Shown here: positions 9,476 to 17,738 of the stretch, piece by piece
Layout: each line of letters opens with the position of its first letter
Numbering within the stretch: the stretch's first letter is position 1
NCBI GenBank assembly: GCA_963665125.2
Contig: CAXXUK010000001.1
Span: 288,001-352,000, forward strand
Reading direction: 5' to 3'
DNA from: an uncultured Desulfarculus sp.
GTDB taxonomy: Bacteria > Desulfobacterota > Desulfarculia > Desulfarculales > Desulfarculaceae
DNA: 64,000 bases
The notes under the pieces: generated by a model
Told to the model about the DNA's origin: nothing
The model's database searches: none
What the model saw: the letters and a program-made list of their open reading frames with translations, nothing else
Position numbers and translations under genes: made by a program

Positions 9476-9588
9476 ACGGTGCTGTTGGCGCGGCATGCCG
9501 CATGGCAGCGGACTCGGCGGCCATTGCTGAAACGGTAGGAAACTTGATTAAAGAGATGTTGTAGGAGGTGCAAGTATTTAGTAGCAGG

Positions 9589-10242
9589 TTATCCGGGGCC
9601 CAACATGCTTTCGCAGAGCCGCACCAACACCTGCAGTATTTTGCGCTCGTCCATGCGCTCCTGCTCCGGCTTGAAGCTGTTTTTATATAAAAATTGGAAT
9701 ACCTCATGGATGGAGCGGCTCATCACGCAGACCACCTCGTCCAGGTCGCCGGGGCACTGGTCCTGGTGGGATTCCCTCAGCCAGTCACGCAGGGCCTCCA
9801 CCTCCTTGTTTTCCCAGTAGTCGTGGATCTCGGCGGCCTGGGGGTTCATGTGGACGAACTTGTTCATCTCCAGGTTCAACTTGCCGTGACGGCTGTGGGC
9901 CGCCCACATTCGGGGGATCATTTCCCCCATGCACTGTTGGACGCTCATGGCCTTGTCCCGGATTTCGGCCATGAAATCCTGGGTCATCTCATAACTGTTT
10001 CTGGAGCGCTGTTCCATGAGGGTCAGGAACATCTCTTCCTTGTTTTTGAAGTGGGCGTATAGCCCGCCCACGGAGATGCCCGACCGTTCGGCTATCAAGT
10101 GCGTGGTGGTCTCGTCAAAGCCATATTCGGTGAATAGATCATAGGCGGCCTGAAGAATTTTGGCCCTGGTCTGCACGGAGCGTTTTTGCCGGGGTTTTTT
10201 AATATCGAGCTTTTTCGCCGGGCTGCCCATCACCGTCATCAA
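9589..10242 (-). CDS. TetR/AcrR-family regulator
   Basis: PRQKRSVQTRAKILQAAYDLF...TTTHLIAERSGISVGGLYAHFKNKEE. Confidence 0.92.
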   Translation of the reverse strand: MMTVMGSPAKKLDIKKPRQKRSVQTRAKILQAAYDLFTEYGFDETTTHLIAERSGISVGGLYAHFKNKEEMFLTLMEQRSRNSYEMTQDFMAEIRDKAMSVQQCMGEMIPRMWAAHSRHGKLNLEMNKFVHMNPQAAEIHDYWENKEVEALRDWLRESHQDQCPGDLDEVVCVMSRSIHEVFQFLYKNSFKPEQERMDERKILQVLVRLCESMLGPG

Positions 10243-10344
10243 TTTCCCCTGAGATATTCAATGCAACCAAGTTCGGCATTTCTTGTTTTTCATCTTATGG
10301 TTTTGCTGGGACCTATCACTACCAGAAAAAGCCGCAATGGTCAA

Positions 10345-10398
10345 TCCGAACTAGACGTCGGTTTTTTGGTTGACAAAACCGAATACGACGTCGTATTT
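10345..10398. promoter_or_regulatory. Two related operator boxes around a TTGACA -35 element in the divergent TetR/flavoprotein promoter
   Basis: CCGAACTAGACGTCGG (10346-10361) and CCGAATACGACGTCGTATT, the latter containing the perfect palindrome AATACGACGTCGTATT (10382-10397); TTGACA at 10370-10375. Confidence 0.65.
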
Positions 10399-10459
10399 GT
10401 ATACATGTGGTGCGAAACCGCGTGAACCCAAGCAACCAAATCTCGAACTTCGAGCGGGG

Positions 10460-12244
10460 ATGAATATGAGCAAACAAATTATCGATTCGGATGTATTGGT
10501 CATCGGCGGCGGCGGCGCGGGCTTCCGGGCGGCCATCGGCGCGGCTGAAAAAGGCTGTTCCACGGTGATGATCAGCAAGGGCCCCCTGGCCCGCTGCGGG
10601 GCCTCGCCCATGGCCGGGGCCGACTTCACCCTGGACGGCAGGAGCATGAGCCGGATAGACGGCCTGACCGGCGACCCCAGCGACAGCCCGGAAAAGGCCA
10701 TGAACGACATCGTCACCCAGGGCTTTTATCTCAACAATCAGAAGATCGTGGAGCAATACCTCCGCGTCGCCCCCCAATGCCTGCAAGAGCTGATCGACTG
10801 GGGCATCCAGATCAAGGCCGCGGACGAACGGATGGTCTTCACCTCGGGCATCGGCATCATGGACGCCCTGCATAAAAAGGCCCGCAGCGCCGGGGTGACT
10901 TTCCAGGAAGACGTGGCCGTTTTGGATCTGGTGGTCGAGGACGGCCAGGTGGTCGGGGCGCTGGGCCTGGATATCCGCGGCGGCCAGTTCATCCACTTCC
11001 GCGCCAGGGCCGTGGTCATGGCCACCGGCGGCTGGCACAAGGCCTTCTGGCCCAACACGGGCATGCGCGATCTGGCCGGCGAGGGCATGGCCATGGCCTT
11101 CCGGGCCGGGGCCCAATTGGGCAACCTGGAGTTCATCACCTTTTGCTGCAATGTGTTCTACCAGCCCCAGATCTGGCGGGGCAGCCTGGCGCCGTATCTG
11201 ATGACCCTGATGGTGGGCGGCGAGATGGTCAACAGCGCCGGAGAGAGGTTCCTGGAAAAATACGACCCCTTTGTGGTCAAAACCGGCACCTTCACCGAAT
11301 GGAACAAGAGCATTTTGTCCATCACCAGCCGCCTGGAGGCCCTGGACGGCAAGGGCCTGGCCAACGGCGGCGTGGGCTTCCGCCGGGGACGGACCAAATG
11401 GGAAGACGTGGAGTTCATCGCCCAATTGATGTTCCCCAAGTGGAAATACAAGGCCATTGATCTTGCGCCCTGGGCCGAGATGCTAAGAAACAACGAAATC
11501 GCCGAGGTCGGCCCGGCGGTGGAATACTTTGACGGCGGAATCGTGATCGACGAGCACATGCGCACAACTCTGCCCGGCCTGTTCGCCGCCGGCGAGGTCA
11601 CCCTGGGCGCATTCGGGGCCAACCGTGTATTTGCTGCCATCACCGAGATGCTGGTCCACGGCGCCGAGGCCGGAGACAATGCCGCGGCCTACGCCAGGCA
11701 GACCCAGGCGCCGTTGCCCGATGCCGCGGCCTTTGAGCCTCTGGAGCAAAAGGCCCTGGCGCCCCTGGCCAACCAGGGCGGCCTGCGGGTGGCCGATGTG
11801 CGCCGGGGCATGCAGACCATGGCCCATGAACTGCTGGGGCCGGTCCGGGACGAAACCGGCCTGCAAAAGCTTCGGGCCCAACTTGCCGAGATCAAAAACG
11901 AAAAGCTGGGCCGGATCCAGTTGCAGTCGGCAAGCCGCACCTACAACAAGGAATGGATCGACGCCATCGAACTGGGCAACATGCTCGGGCTATTGGAGAT
12001 GTCGGCCACCAGCGCCCTGGCCCGCACCGAGAGCAGGGGCGTGCATTACCGCCGGGACTTCCCCCATGCCGACAACGACAAGTGGCTGGCCGAGAGCGTC
12101 ATCGAGCCCACGGACAGCGGCTTCAACGTGGGCACCCGGCCGGTGACCGTGACGACCATGCCTTTGCCCGGCGGCAAGAGCCCGTACATGGATTACGTGA
12201 AGCATCTGATGGAATCCCGTTCGGACACGGCAGGCAAGCACTAA
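10460..12244 (+). CDS. FAD-dependent oxidoreductase, SdhA/FrdA/NadB flavoprotein superfamily (non-canonical active site)
   Basis: DVLVIGGGGAG; VVMATGG; GLFAAGE; GANRV; RTESRGVHYRRDFP; lacks the SHT..AQGG, QFHPT and HYxMGG motifs. Confidence 0.88.
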   Translation: MNMSKQIIDSDVLVIGGGGAGFRAAIGAAEKGCSTVMISKGPLARCGASPMAGADFTLDGRSMSRIDGLTGDPSDSPEKAMNDIVTQGFYLNNQKIVEQYLRVAPQCLQELIDWGIQIKAADERMVFTSGIGIMDALHKKARSAGVTFQEDVAVLDLVVEDGQVVGALGLDIRGGQFIHFRARAVVMATGGWHKAFWPNTGMRDLAGEGMAMAFRAGAQLGNLEFITFCCNVFYQPQIWRGSLAPYLMTLMVGGEMVNSAGERFLEKYDPFVVKTGTFTEWNKSILSITSRLEALDGKGLANGGVGFRRGRTKWEDVEFIAQLMFPKWKYKAIDLAPWAEMLRNNEIAEVGPAVEYFDGGIVIDEHMRTTLPGLFAAGEVTLGAFGANRVFAAITEMLVHGAEAGDNAAAYARQTQAPLPDAAAFEPLEQKALAPLANQGGLRVADVRRGMQTMAHELLGPVRDETGLQKLRAQLAEIKNEKLGRIQLQSASRTYNKEWIDAIELGNMLGLLEMSATSALARTESRGVHYRRDFPHADNDKWLAESVIEPTDSGFNVGTRPVTVTTMPLPGGKSPYMDYVKHLMESRSDTAGKH

Positions 12245-12294
12245 CCAAATCAAACTCGGCGTCCCCGTAACGGACGCATGCTAGGGGGTATCAA

Positions 12295-13134
12295 ATGACC
12301 GCCAATAAAACGATCAATGTCGAAGTGTTCCGCTTTGACCCCAGCCAGGACCGGGAGCCCCGGTTCCAGACATATCAGGTGCCGTTGGAAGACGGCATGA
12401 GCGCCATGGACGCCCTGGATTACATCTACCAGAACCTGGACTCCACCCTGGCCTATTACGACCACGCCGGATGCGCCCTGGGCATCTGCGGCCGCTGCAC
12501 GGCCCGGATCAACGGCAAGCCCGGCCTGCTTTGCCAGACGCCCGTGAGCGACGACTTGAAGCTGGAGCCTCTGTCCCGGGACAAGGTGCTCAAGGACCTG
12601 GTCTGCGTAAAGCCTAAAAAAGAGGCCCAGGCCGCCGACGATTCAGACCTGGAACTGGCAAAGGAGCCGGACATCAACGATGTGCCGATTATCGTGCGCC
12701 GGGAGATCGAGGCCCTCATCGCCGCGCCGCTGATCAATGCATACATGGAGGAGTTCGGTGGGGAAAAGGCCCTGGCCGTGGCCCGCAAGGTCATCGCCGA
12801 TCTGGCCATGGACAGCGGCAAGCTGCTGGCCGCCTTTGCCGGGGGCAACACCATGGAGCATCTCAACCGGGCTCTGCCGCTGTTCAGCCAGGGAGGGGCC
12901 TTGGAGATCGAGGTTGTCGAGACCGGCGCGACCCAGGCCAAGGTCAACATAACCCGCTGCCGCTACGCCGAGATGTACCGTGAATACGGCCTGGAGGACA
13001 TGGGCTTTTTGCTTTCCTGCGGCCGGGACTTCGACCTTATCGAGGGCTTCAACCCCAAGATCAAGCTCAAGCGCAGCCAGACCATCATGCAGGGCGCGGA
13101 ATACTGCGACTTCCGCTTTGTAACCGAAGAATAG
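12295..13134 (+). CDS. Fusion: SdhB-type N-terminal [2Fe-2S] domain + L-2-amino-thiazoline-4-carboxylate (ATC) hydrolase-like domain
   Basis: VFRFDP...GCALGICGRCTARING...LLC...LEPL...VLKDL (SdhB N-domain); then RREIEA...ITRCRYAEMY...LSCGRD...RSQTIMQGAEYCDFRF. Confidence 0.8.
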   Translation: MTANKTINVEVFRFDPSQDREPRFQTYQVPLEDGMSAMDALDYIYQNLDSTLAYYDHAGCALGICGRCTARINGKPGLLCQTPVSDDLKLEPLSRDKVLKDLVCVKPKKEAQAADDSDLELAKEPDINDVPIIVRREIEALIAAPLINAYMEEFGGEKALAVARKVIADLAMDSGKLLAAFAGGNTMEHLNRALPLFSQGGALEIEVVETGATQAKVNITRCRYAEMYREYGLEDMGFLLSCGRDFDLIEGFNPKIKLKRSQTIMQGAEYCDFRFVTEE

Positions 13135-13149
13135 CCGGCCAAAGCGAGG

Positions 13150-14466
13150 GTGCATATGACATACGACATTGATCCGGTGCGGCTGCTGGCCGACTACCTG
13201 CGCATCGACACCTCAAACCCGCCGGGCGACGAAGCCGAAGCCGCCCGTTTTCTGGGCCGGGTCCTGGCCCAGGCGGGGATCGAATCCAAGACCTATGAAT
13301 CGGCGCCGGGACGCTTGTCCCTGCGGGCCGAGATCAAAGGCGGCGGCCAACAAAAGCCGCTGATCCTGCTCAACCACATGGACGTGGTGCCCGCCGACAG
13401 GAGCCAGTGGAGCTTTGATCCTTTTGGCGGCGCTATCATCGACGGATTCGTCTGCGGCCGGGGGGCCCTGGACATGAAAAACATCGGCGTCATGCAGCTG
13501 TTGGCCTTGATAGACCTGAAACGCCGGGGCCTAAGGCCGGACCGCGACGTGGTCTTTCTGGCCGTGGCCGACGAGGAAGAGGGCGGCGGCCTGGGAGCCA
13601 AGTGGCTGCTGGAAAACCACGCGGCGGATTTCCGGGCCTCGCTGGTGCTCAACGAAGGCGGCTTCGGCATCGAGGGCATGCTGCCGGGCCGCCCGCTGAT
13701 GATGATCAGCGCCGCTGAAAAGGGCCTGTGCTGGCTCAAGCTCCATTGCCATGGCCAGGCGGGCCACGGCTCCATGCCCGGCCCGGAAAACCCGGCCGCC
13801 GAGCTGGTGGCCGCCGTGGCCCGTGTATTGGCCGATCCGGCCCCGGTTCGGATTACCCCCATCGTCTCCGAATATTTTCTGAGCCTGGCCAAGGTTCTGG
13901 ATTTGCTTGAGCCCTTTCGGAAAAATCCGTTGCCCGAAGTGCTTCTGGCGCTGTTGGAGCAAAGCGGACTCATCGGCCTGCCCCAGATCGGGGCCATGGT
14001 TCGCAACACCATAAGCCTCACCGTGCTGGAGGCCGGCCGCAAGACAAACGTGATCCCGGACAAGGCAACCGTTCACCTGGACGGACGTCTGCTGCCCGGC
14101 CAGAACGGTGAGAAGTTCATCGAAACCATCAGGCAAAAGCTGGCCGAGCCCAAGATCGAAATCGAAAAGATCACCGTGGACGAGGCCAGCCAGTCGCCGT
14201 GGCAGGGCGGAGGCTACCAGGTAATCGCCGATGTCCTTGGCGAGGCTTTCCCCGATGCCGTTGTCGCGCCGTCTTTGATGCCCGGCACCAGCGACTCGCG
14301 GTTTTTCCGTTACCAAGGCATCGATTCCTACGGCTTTTGCCCGGTGGTCATCCCCGCCGGGCACCTGGCCATGATCCACGGGGTGGACGAAAAGATTTCA
14401 GCGGAAAACATGACCAGGGGAACCGCTGTCTACAACCAACTGGTCAAAACCCTCACCGGCACATAA
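13150..14466 (+). CDS. M20/M25/M40 family metallo-amidohydrolase (aminoacylase/deacylase-like)
   Basis: LLNHMDVVP; GRGALDMK; ADEEEGG; NEGG; GHGS; SDSRFF; IHGVDE. Confidence 0.9.
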   Translation: MHMTYDIDPVRLLADYLRIDTSNPPGDEAEAARFLGRVLAQAGIESKTYESAPGRLSLRAEIKGGGQQKPLILLNHMDVVPADRSQWSFDPFGGAIIDGFVCGRGALDMKNIGVMQLLALIDLKRRGLRPDRDVVFLAVADEEEGGGLGAKWLLENHAADFRASLVLNEGGFGIEGMLPGRPLMMISAAEKGLCWLKLHCHGQAGHGSMPGPENPAAELVAAVARVLADPAPVRITPIVSEYFLSLAKVLDLLEPFRKNPLPEVLLALLEQSGLIGLPQIGAMVRNTISLTVLEAGRKTNVIPDKATVHLDGRLLPGQNGEKFIETIRQKLAEPKIEIEKITVDEASQSPWQGGGYQVIADVLGEAFPDAVVAPSLMPGTSDSRFFRYQGIDSYGFCPVVIPAGHLAMIHGVDEKISAENMTRGTAVYNQLVKTLTGT

Positions 14467-14475
14467 GGAACAGTC

Positions 14476-15693
14476 ATGGCTGAAAAAGGTTTTATGGAAA
14501 AAATGAAGTCCATCGGCCCGGCGGCCATATTGGCGGCCTGCTCCATGGGTCCCGGCACCGTGGCCTCCTGCATGCTTGGTGGTTCGGTGGAGGGCTACAA
14601 CCTGCTTTGGCTGGTGGCCCTCAGCGGATTCCTCTGCGCCGTGGTTTCCCTGGCCGGGGGCAGGGTCTACGCCGTCACCGGCAAGACGGGCTATGACCTG
14701 ATTCTCGGGACCATGGGCAAATGGATCACCTATCCGGTGTTCATCTGGATGGCCCTTGCCGGATTCTTTGTTTTGGCCTCGGAGGGCAAACTCATGGCCC
14801 ACACAACGGCCATGATGTTTCCCAACATAAGCCCCACGGTCAACGACTGGGTCTTGCTACCGGTGCTGGTGGTGGCCGCGGCGGTCATCTTCTCCTTCGG
14901 CTTCAAGCGGGTGGTGCAGCTTTGCTCGATCATGGTGGCGGTCATGGCGGCCCTGTTTTTGGCCAACATCTTCCTGGTGCATATCGATCCCGTCGGGTTC
15001 GCCGAGGGCCTGATTCCCGCCCTTCCCACCGACAAGACCGGAATGCTGGCCCTGGGCGGGATCATGGGTGGTTCGGCCTCGGGCATAGTGGCCATCGGCT
15101 ATTCCTATCTGGTGCGCAACAAGGGCTGGAACGGAGTCGAATTCATCGGGCGGATGACCAGGGACCAGATCGTGTTTTCGGGCATAGCCTTTGGCGTGTT
15201 CTCGGTTGGGGTATACGTAACGGCGGCGGCGGTGTTGCACCCCCAGGGCATTGCCGTCAACTCGGCCATTGACGCGGCCCAAAGCCTGGAACCACTGGTG
15301 GGTTCGCTGTCCAAGTGGCTGTTCCTGCTGGGCCTTTTCGGGGCGATTTTCACCACCCTGGGCGCCCTGGCCACGGTGCAGGGCTATTTCATAGCCGACA
15401 TGCTGGGAATCCCGGCCGACCTCAATAATAAGAAATTCCGCACGCTGATCTTCTGTAGCATCCTCGTGGGGATGCTGGGGCCGTGGCTCAGCGGCCTGCC
15501 GGCCATGCGCTACATCGTATTCGCCATGGTCATATTTCTGTTGATCGGTCCGGCGGTATTGGCGTTCTATTTATACATAGGCAACAAGGCTGGCGTGATG
15601 GGCGAACACAAGTACTCCTGGTTCATCAATATCGTGCTGGTCATCGCCTTCATCCTCAACTGCATCGGCTCGGCCGCCGTATTCATGAAATAA
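14476..15693 (+). CDS. NRAMP-superfamily (YcsG-like) secondary transporter
   Basis: IGPAAILAACSMGPGTV...GYNLLW; about 11 TM segments; AAQSLEPLVG; lacks the DPGN metal motif of true MntH. Confidence 0.75.
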   Translation: MAEKGFMEKMKSIGPAAILAACSMGPGTVASCMLGGSVEGYNLLWLVALSGFLCAVVSLAGGRVYAVTGKTGYDLILGTMGKWITYPVFIWMALAGFFVLASEGKLMAHTTAMMFPNISPTVNDWVLLPVLVVAAAVIFSFGFKRVVQLCSIMVAVMAALFLANIFLVHIDPVGFAEGLIPALPTDKTGMLALGGIMGGSASGIVAIGYSYLVRNKGWNGVEFIGRMTRDQIVFSGIAFGVFSVGVYVTAAAVLHPQGIAVNSAIDAAQSLEPLVGSLSKWLFLLGLFGAIFTTLGALATVQGYFIADMLGIPADLNNKKFRTLIFCSILVGMLGPWLSGLPAMRYIVFAMVIFLLIGPAVLAFYLYIGNKAGVMGEHKYSWFINIVLVIAFILNCIGSAAVFMK

Positions 15694-15724
15694 CGGCAAC
15701 CGGACTGTTAGGAGACGACACTAA

Positions 15725-17056
15725 ATGGGCTACACAGCCAAAGACGTCCTGAATATCCAGGTGGCCCCGGCCCTGGGCTGCACCGAACCGGCGGCCATAG
15801 CCCTGGGCGCGGCGGCGGCCGCGTCTCTGCTGCCAAAGGGAGCGGAGGTGGATTCCATTGAGGTATGGGTGGACCCCAATGTTTACAAAAACGGCCTGGC
15901 CGTGGCCATTCCCGGGGCCGAGGGCATGCATGGACTGGATTTGGCCGCTGCCTTGGGCGCCCTGGGCGGCGATCCGTCGCTGATGCTGGAGGTTCTGGAG
16001 CCCATTGATGAAAAGTGCGTCTCCGAGGCCCGCCGGTTCGCTGGAGAAGGCAAGGTAAAGGTCGACATCCTGGCCGATCGTCATGGCCTGTACGTCAAGT
16101 CGCTGGTCAAGGCGGGCGGACACGAGGCCTTGTCGGTCATCGAGAAGCTGCACGACAACCTGGTCACGCTGGCCCTGGACAACGGGGAAATTGCCGAACA
16201 CCCCCTGTTGGCCCGCAGGCGGGAACAGGGCGGCGATGCCGCCGGCGACCTGGAGGAATGGCTGCGCGGCCTGAACCTGGACCAGTTGATGGAGCTGACC
16301 GATGAACTGGACGGCGATGACTTGGCCTTTTTGCAGGAAGGCCTGGACGTCAACCTGCGCCTGGCCGAATACGGCCTCAAGCACGGGCCGGGCCTGGGCA
16401 TCGGCAAGGCCCTGGAGCGGCTGGTGAGGCAGAACCTGATCAAACGGGACATGGTCCTGGCGGCACGCATGACGGCCTCGGCTGCCGCCGACGCTCGGAT
16501 GTCCGGGGCCAAGCTGCCGGCCATGAGTTCTGCGGGCAGCGGCAATCACGGCCTGACTGCCGTGTTGCCCATCGCCGCCGTCAGTGAATACATCGACTGC
16601 ACCAGGGAGCAAAAACTGCGGGCCATCGCCCTGAGCCACTTTGTCACGGCCTATGTCAAGGCCCACACCGGACGACTCTCGGCGGTGTGCGGCTGCTCCA
16701 TCGCCGCCGGGGCCGGGGCGGCCGCCGGCACGACATACCTGCTGGGCGGCACGGCGGCCCAGATAGCCGCGGCGGTGACCAACCTCATCGAAGACCTGGC
16801 CGGGGTGATCTGCGACGGCGCCAAGACGGCCTGTAGTCTCAAACTGGCCACGGCGGCCGGTACAGCCGTGCAGGCGGCCTTGCTGGCCGTGCAGGGCATC
16901 TGCGTGCGGCCCACCGACGGAATCGCCGGAGACTCCCTGGAACAGACCACCAAAAACATCGGTGAATTGAGCCGTGAGGGCATGGTCGAAACAGACCGGA
17001 CCATCCTGCACATAATGCTGAACAAGCGCTTTTCCGATTACGCAAGCCAGATCTAA
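15725..17056 (+). CDS. cdsB: L-cysteine desulfidase (CdsB/YhaM-CyuA, Fe-S serine dehydratase-like family)
   Basis: PALGCTEP; AADARMSG; SSAGSGNHG; LSAVCGC; GVICDGAKTACSLK. Confidence 0.85.
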   Translation: MGYTAKDVLNIQVAPALGCTEPAAIALGAAAAASLLPKGAEVDSIEVWVDPNVYKNGLAVAIPGAEGMHGLDLAAALGALGGDPSLMLEVLEPIDEKCVSEARRFAGEGKVKVDILADRHGLYVKSLVKAGGHEALSVIEKLHDNLVTLALDNGEIAEHPLLARRREQGGDAAGDLEEWLRGLNLDQLMELTDELDGDDLAFLQEGLDVNLRLAEYGLKHGPGLGIGKALERLVRQNLIKRDMVLAARMTASAAADARMSGAKLPAMSSAGSGNHGLTAVLPIAAVSEYIDCTREQKLRAIALSHFVTAYVKAHTGRLSAVCGCSIAAGAGAAAGTTYLLGGTAAQIAAAVTNLIEDLAGVICDGAKTACSLKLATAAGTAVQAALLAVQGICVRPTDGIAGDSLEQTTKNIGELSREGMVETDRTILHIMLNKRFSDYASQI

Positions 17057-17065
17057 GGAGATGCA

Positions 17066-17464
17066 ATGGGCCGTGAAGTTACCGTCAATACATCAAGCGC
17101 ACCGGCGGCGGTGGGCCCCTATGCCCAGGCACGCCGGGCCGGTGATCTTTTGTTCGTCTCCGGCCAGTTGGGCCTGGCGCCCGCTACCGGCGAGATGGTC
17201 TCGGACGATGTGTCCGGCCAGGCCAAACAGGTCATGGCCAATCTGGAAGCAATCATCACCGCCGCCGGGTTGGGCTGGCGCAATGTGGTCAAGGCCACCA
17301 TCTTCCTCACCGACATGAACGACTTTGCCACGGTCAACGGGATCTACGCCGCCGCATTCGACGGCTTGGAATATCTGCCCGCCAGGGCCTGCGTGCAGGT
17401 TGCGGCCCTGCCCAAGGGCGGCAAGGTGGAGATCGAGGCGATCTGCCATTGCCCAGAAAGTTGA
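17066..17464 (+). CDS. ridA: RidA family enamine/imine deaminase
   Basis: APAAVGPYAQA; FVSGQL; NVVKATIFLTDMNDF; PARACVQVAALPKGGKVEIEAI. Confidence 0.92.
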   Translation: MGREVTVNTSSAPAAVGPYAQARRAGDLLFVSGQLGLAPATGEMVSDDVSGQAKQVMANLEAIITAAGLGWRNVVKATIFLTDMNDFATVNGIYAAAFDGLEYLPARACVQVAALPKGGKVEIEAICHCPES

Positions 17465-17738
17465 ATCCCGCAAAACTGACGCTTGAGACAGACTTTTTGG
17501 ACCTAAAAATTACCCCTAAACTGTTTATTTGTATTTCTGGTGCGGCTCCTGGGATGATTCCATGCCCCGAGTCTCCCCGGAAAGCGCATAATGCAGGAAA
17601 GAGCGGTATCAGCCGCATAGTCTTGGTTTAAGGAAGACACGGCCTGATGGGCTTTGGGGTCTGATGGACCAGGATGCCGTTCCCCGGAAGCAGCCACCAG
17701 GCGGATGCCCCAACCTTTATTTCCGGGGAGTGGGTTTC

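Noticed and set aside
10460..13134. Succinate dehydrogenase sdhAB
   Set aside because: Catalytic and covalent-FAD motifs are missing, the Fe-S subunit is truncated and there is no membrane anchor
14476..15693. Mn2+ transporter mntH
   Set aside because: DPGN motif absent (MGPGT); context suggests an organic substrate
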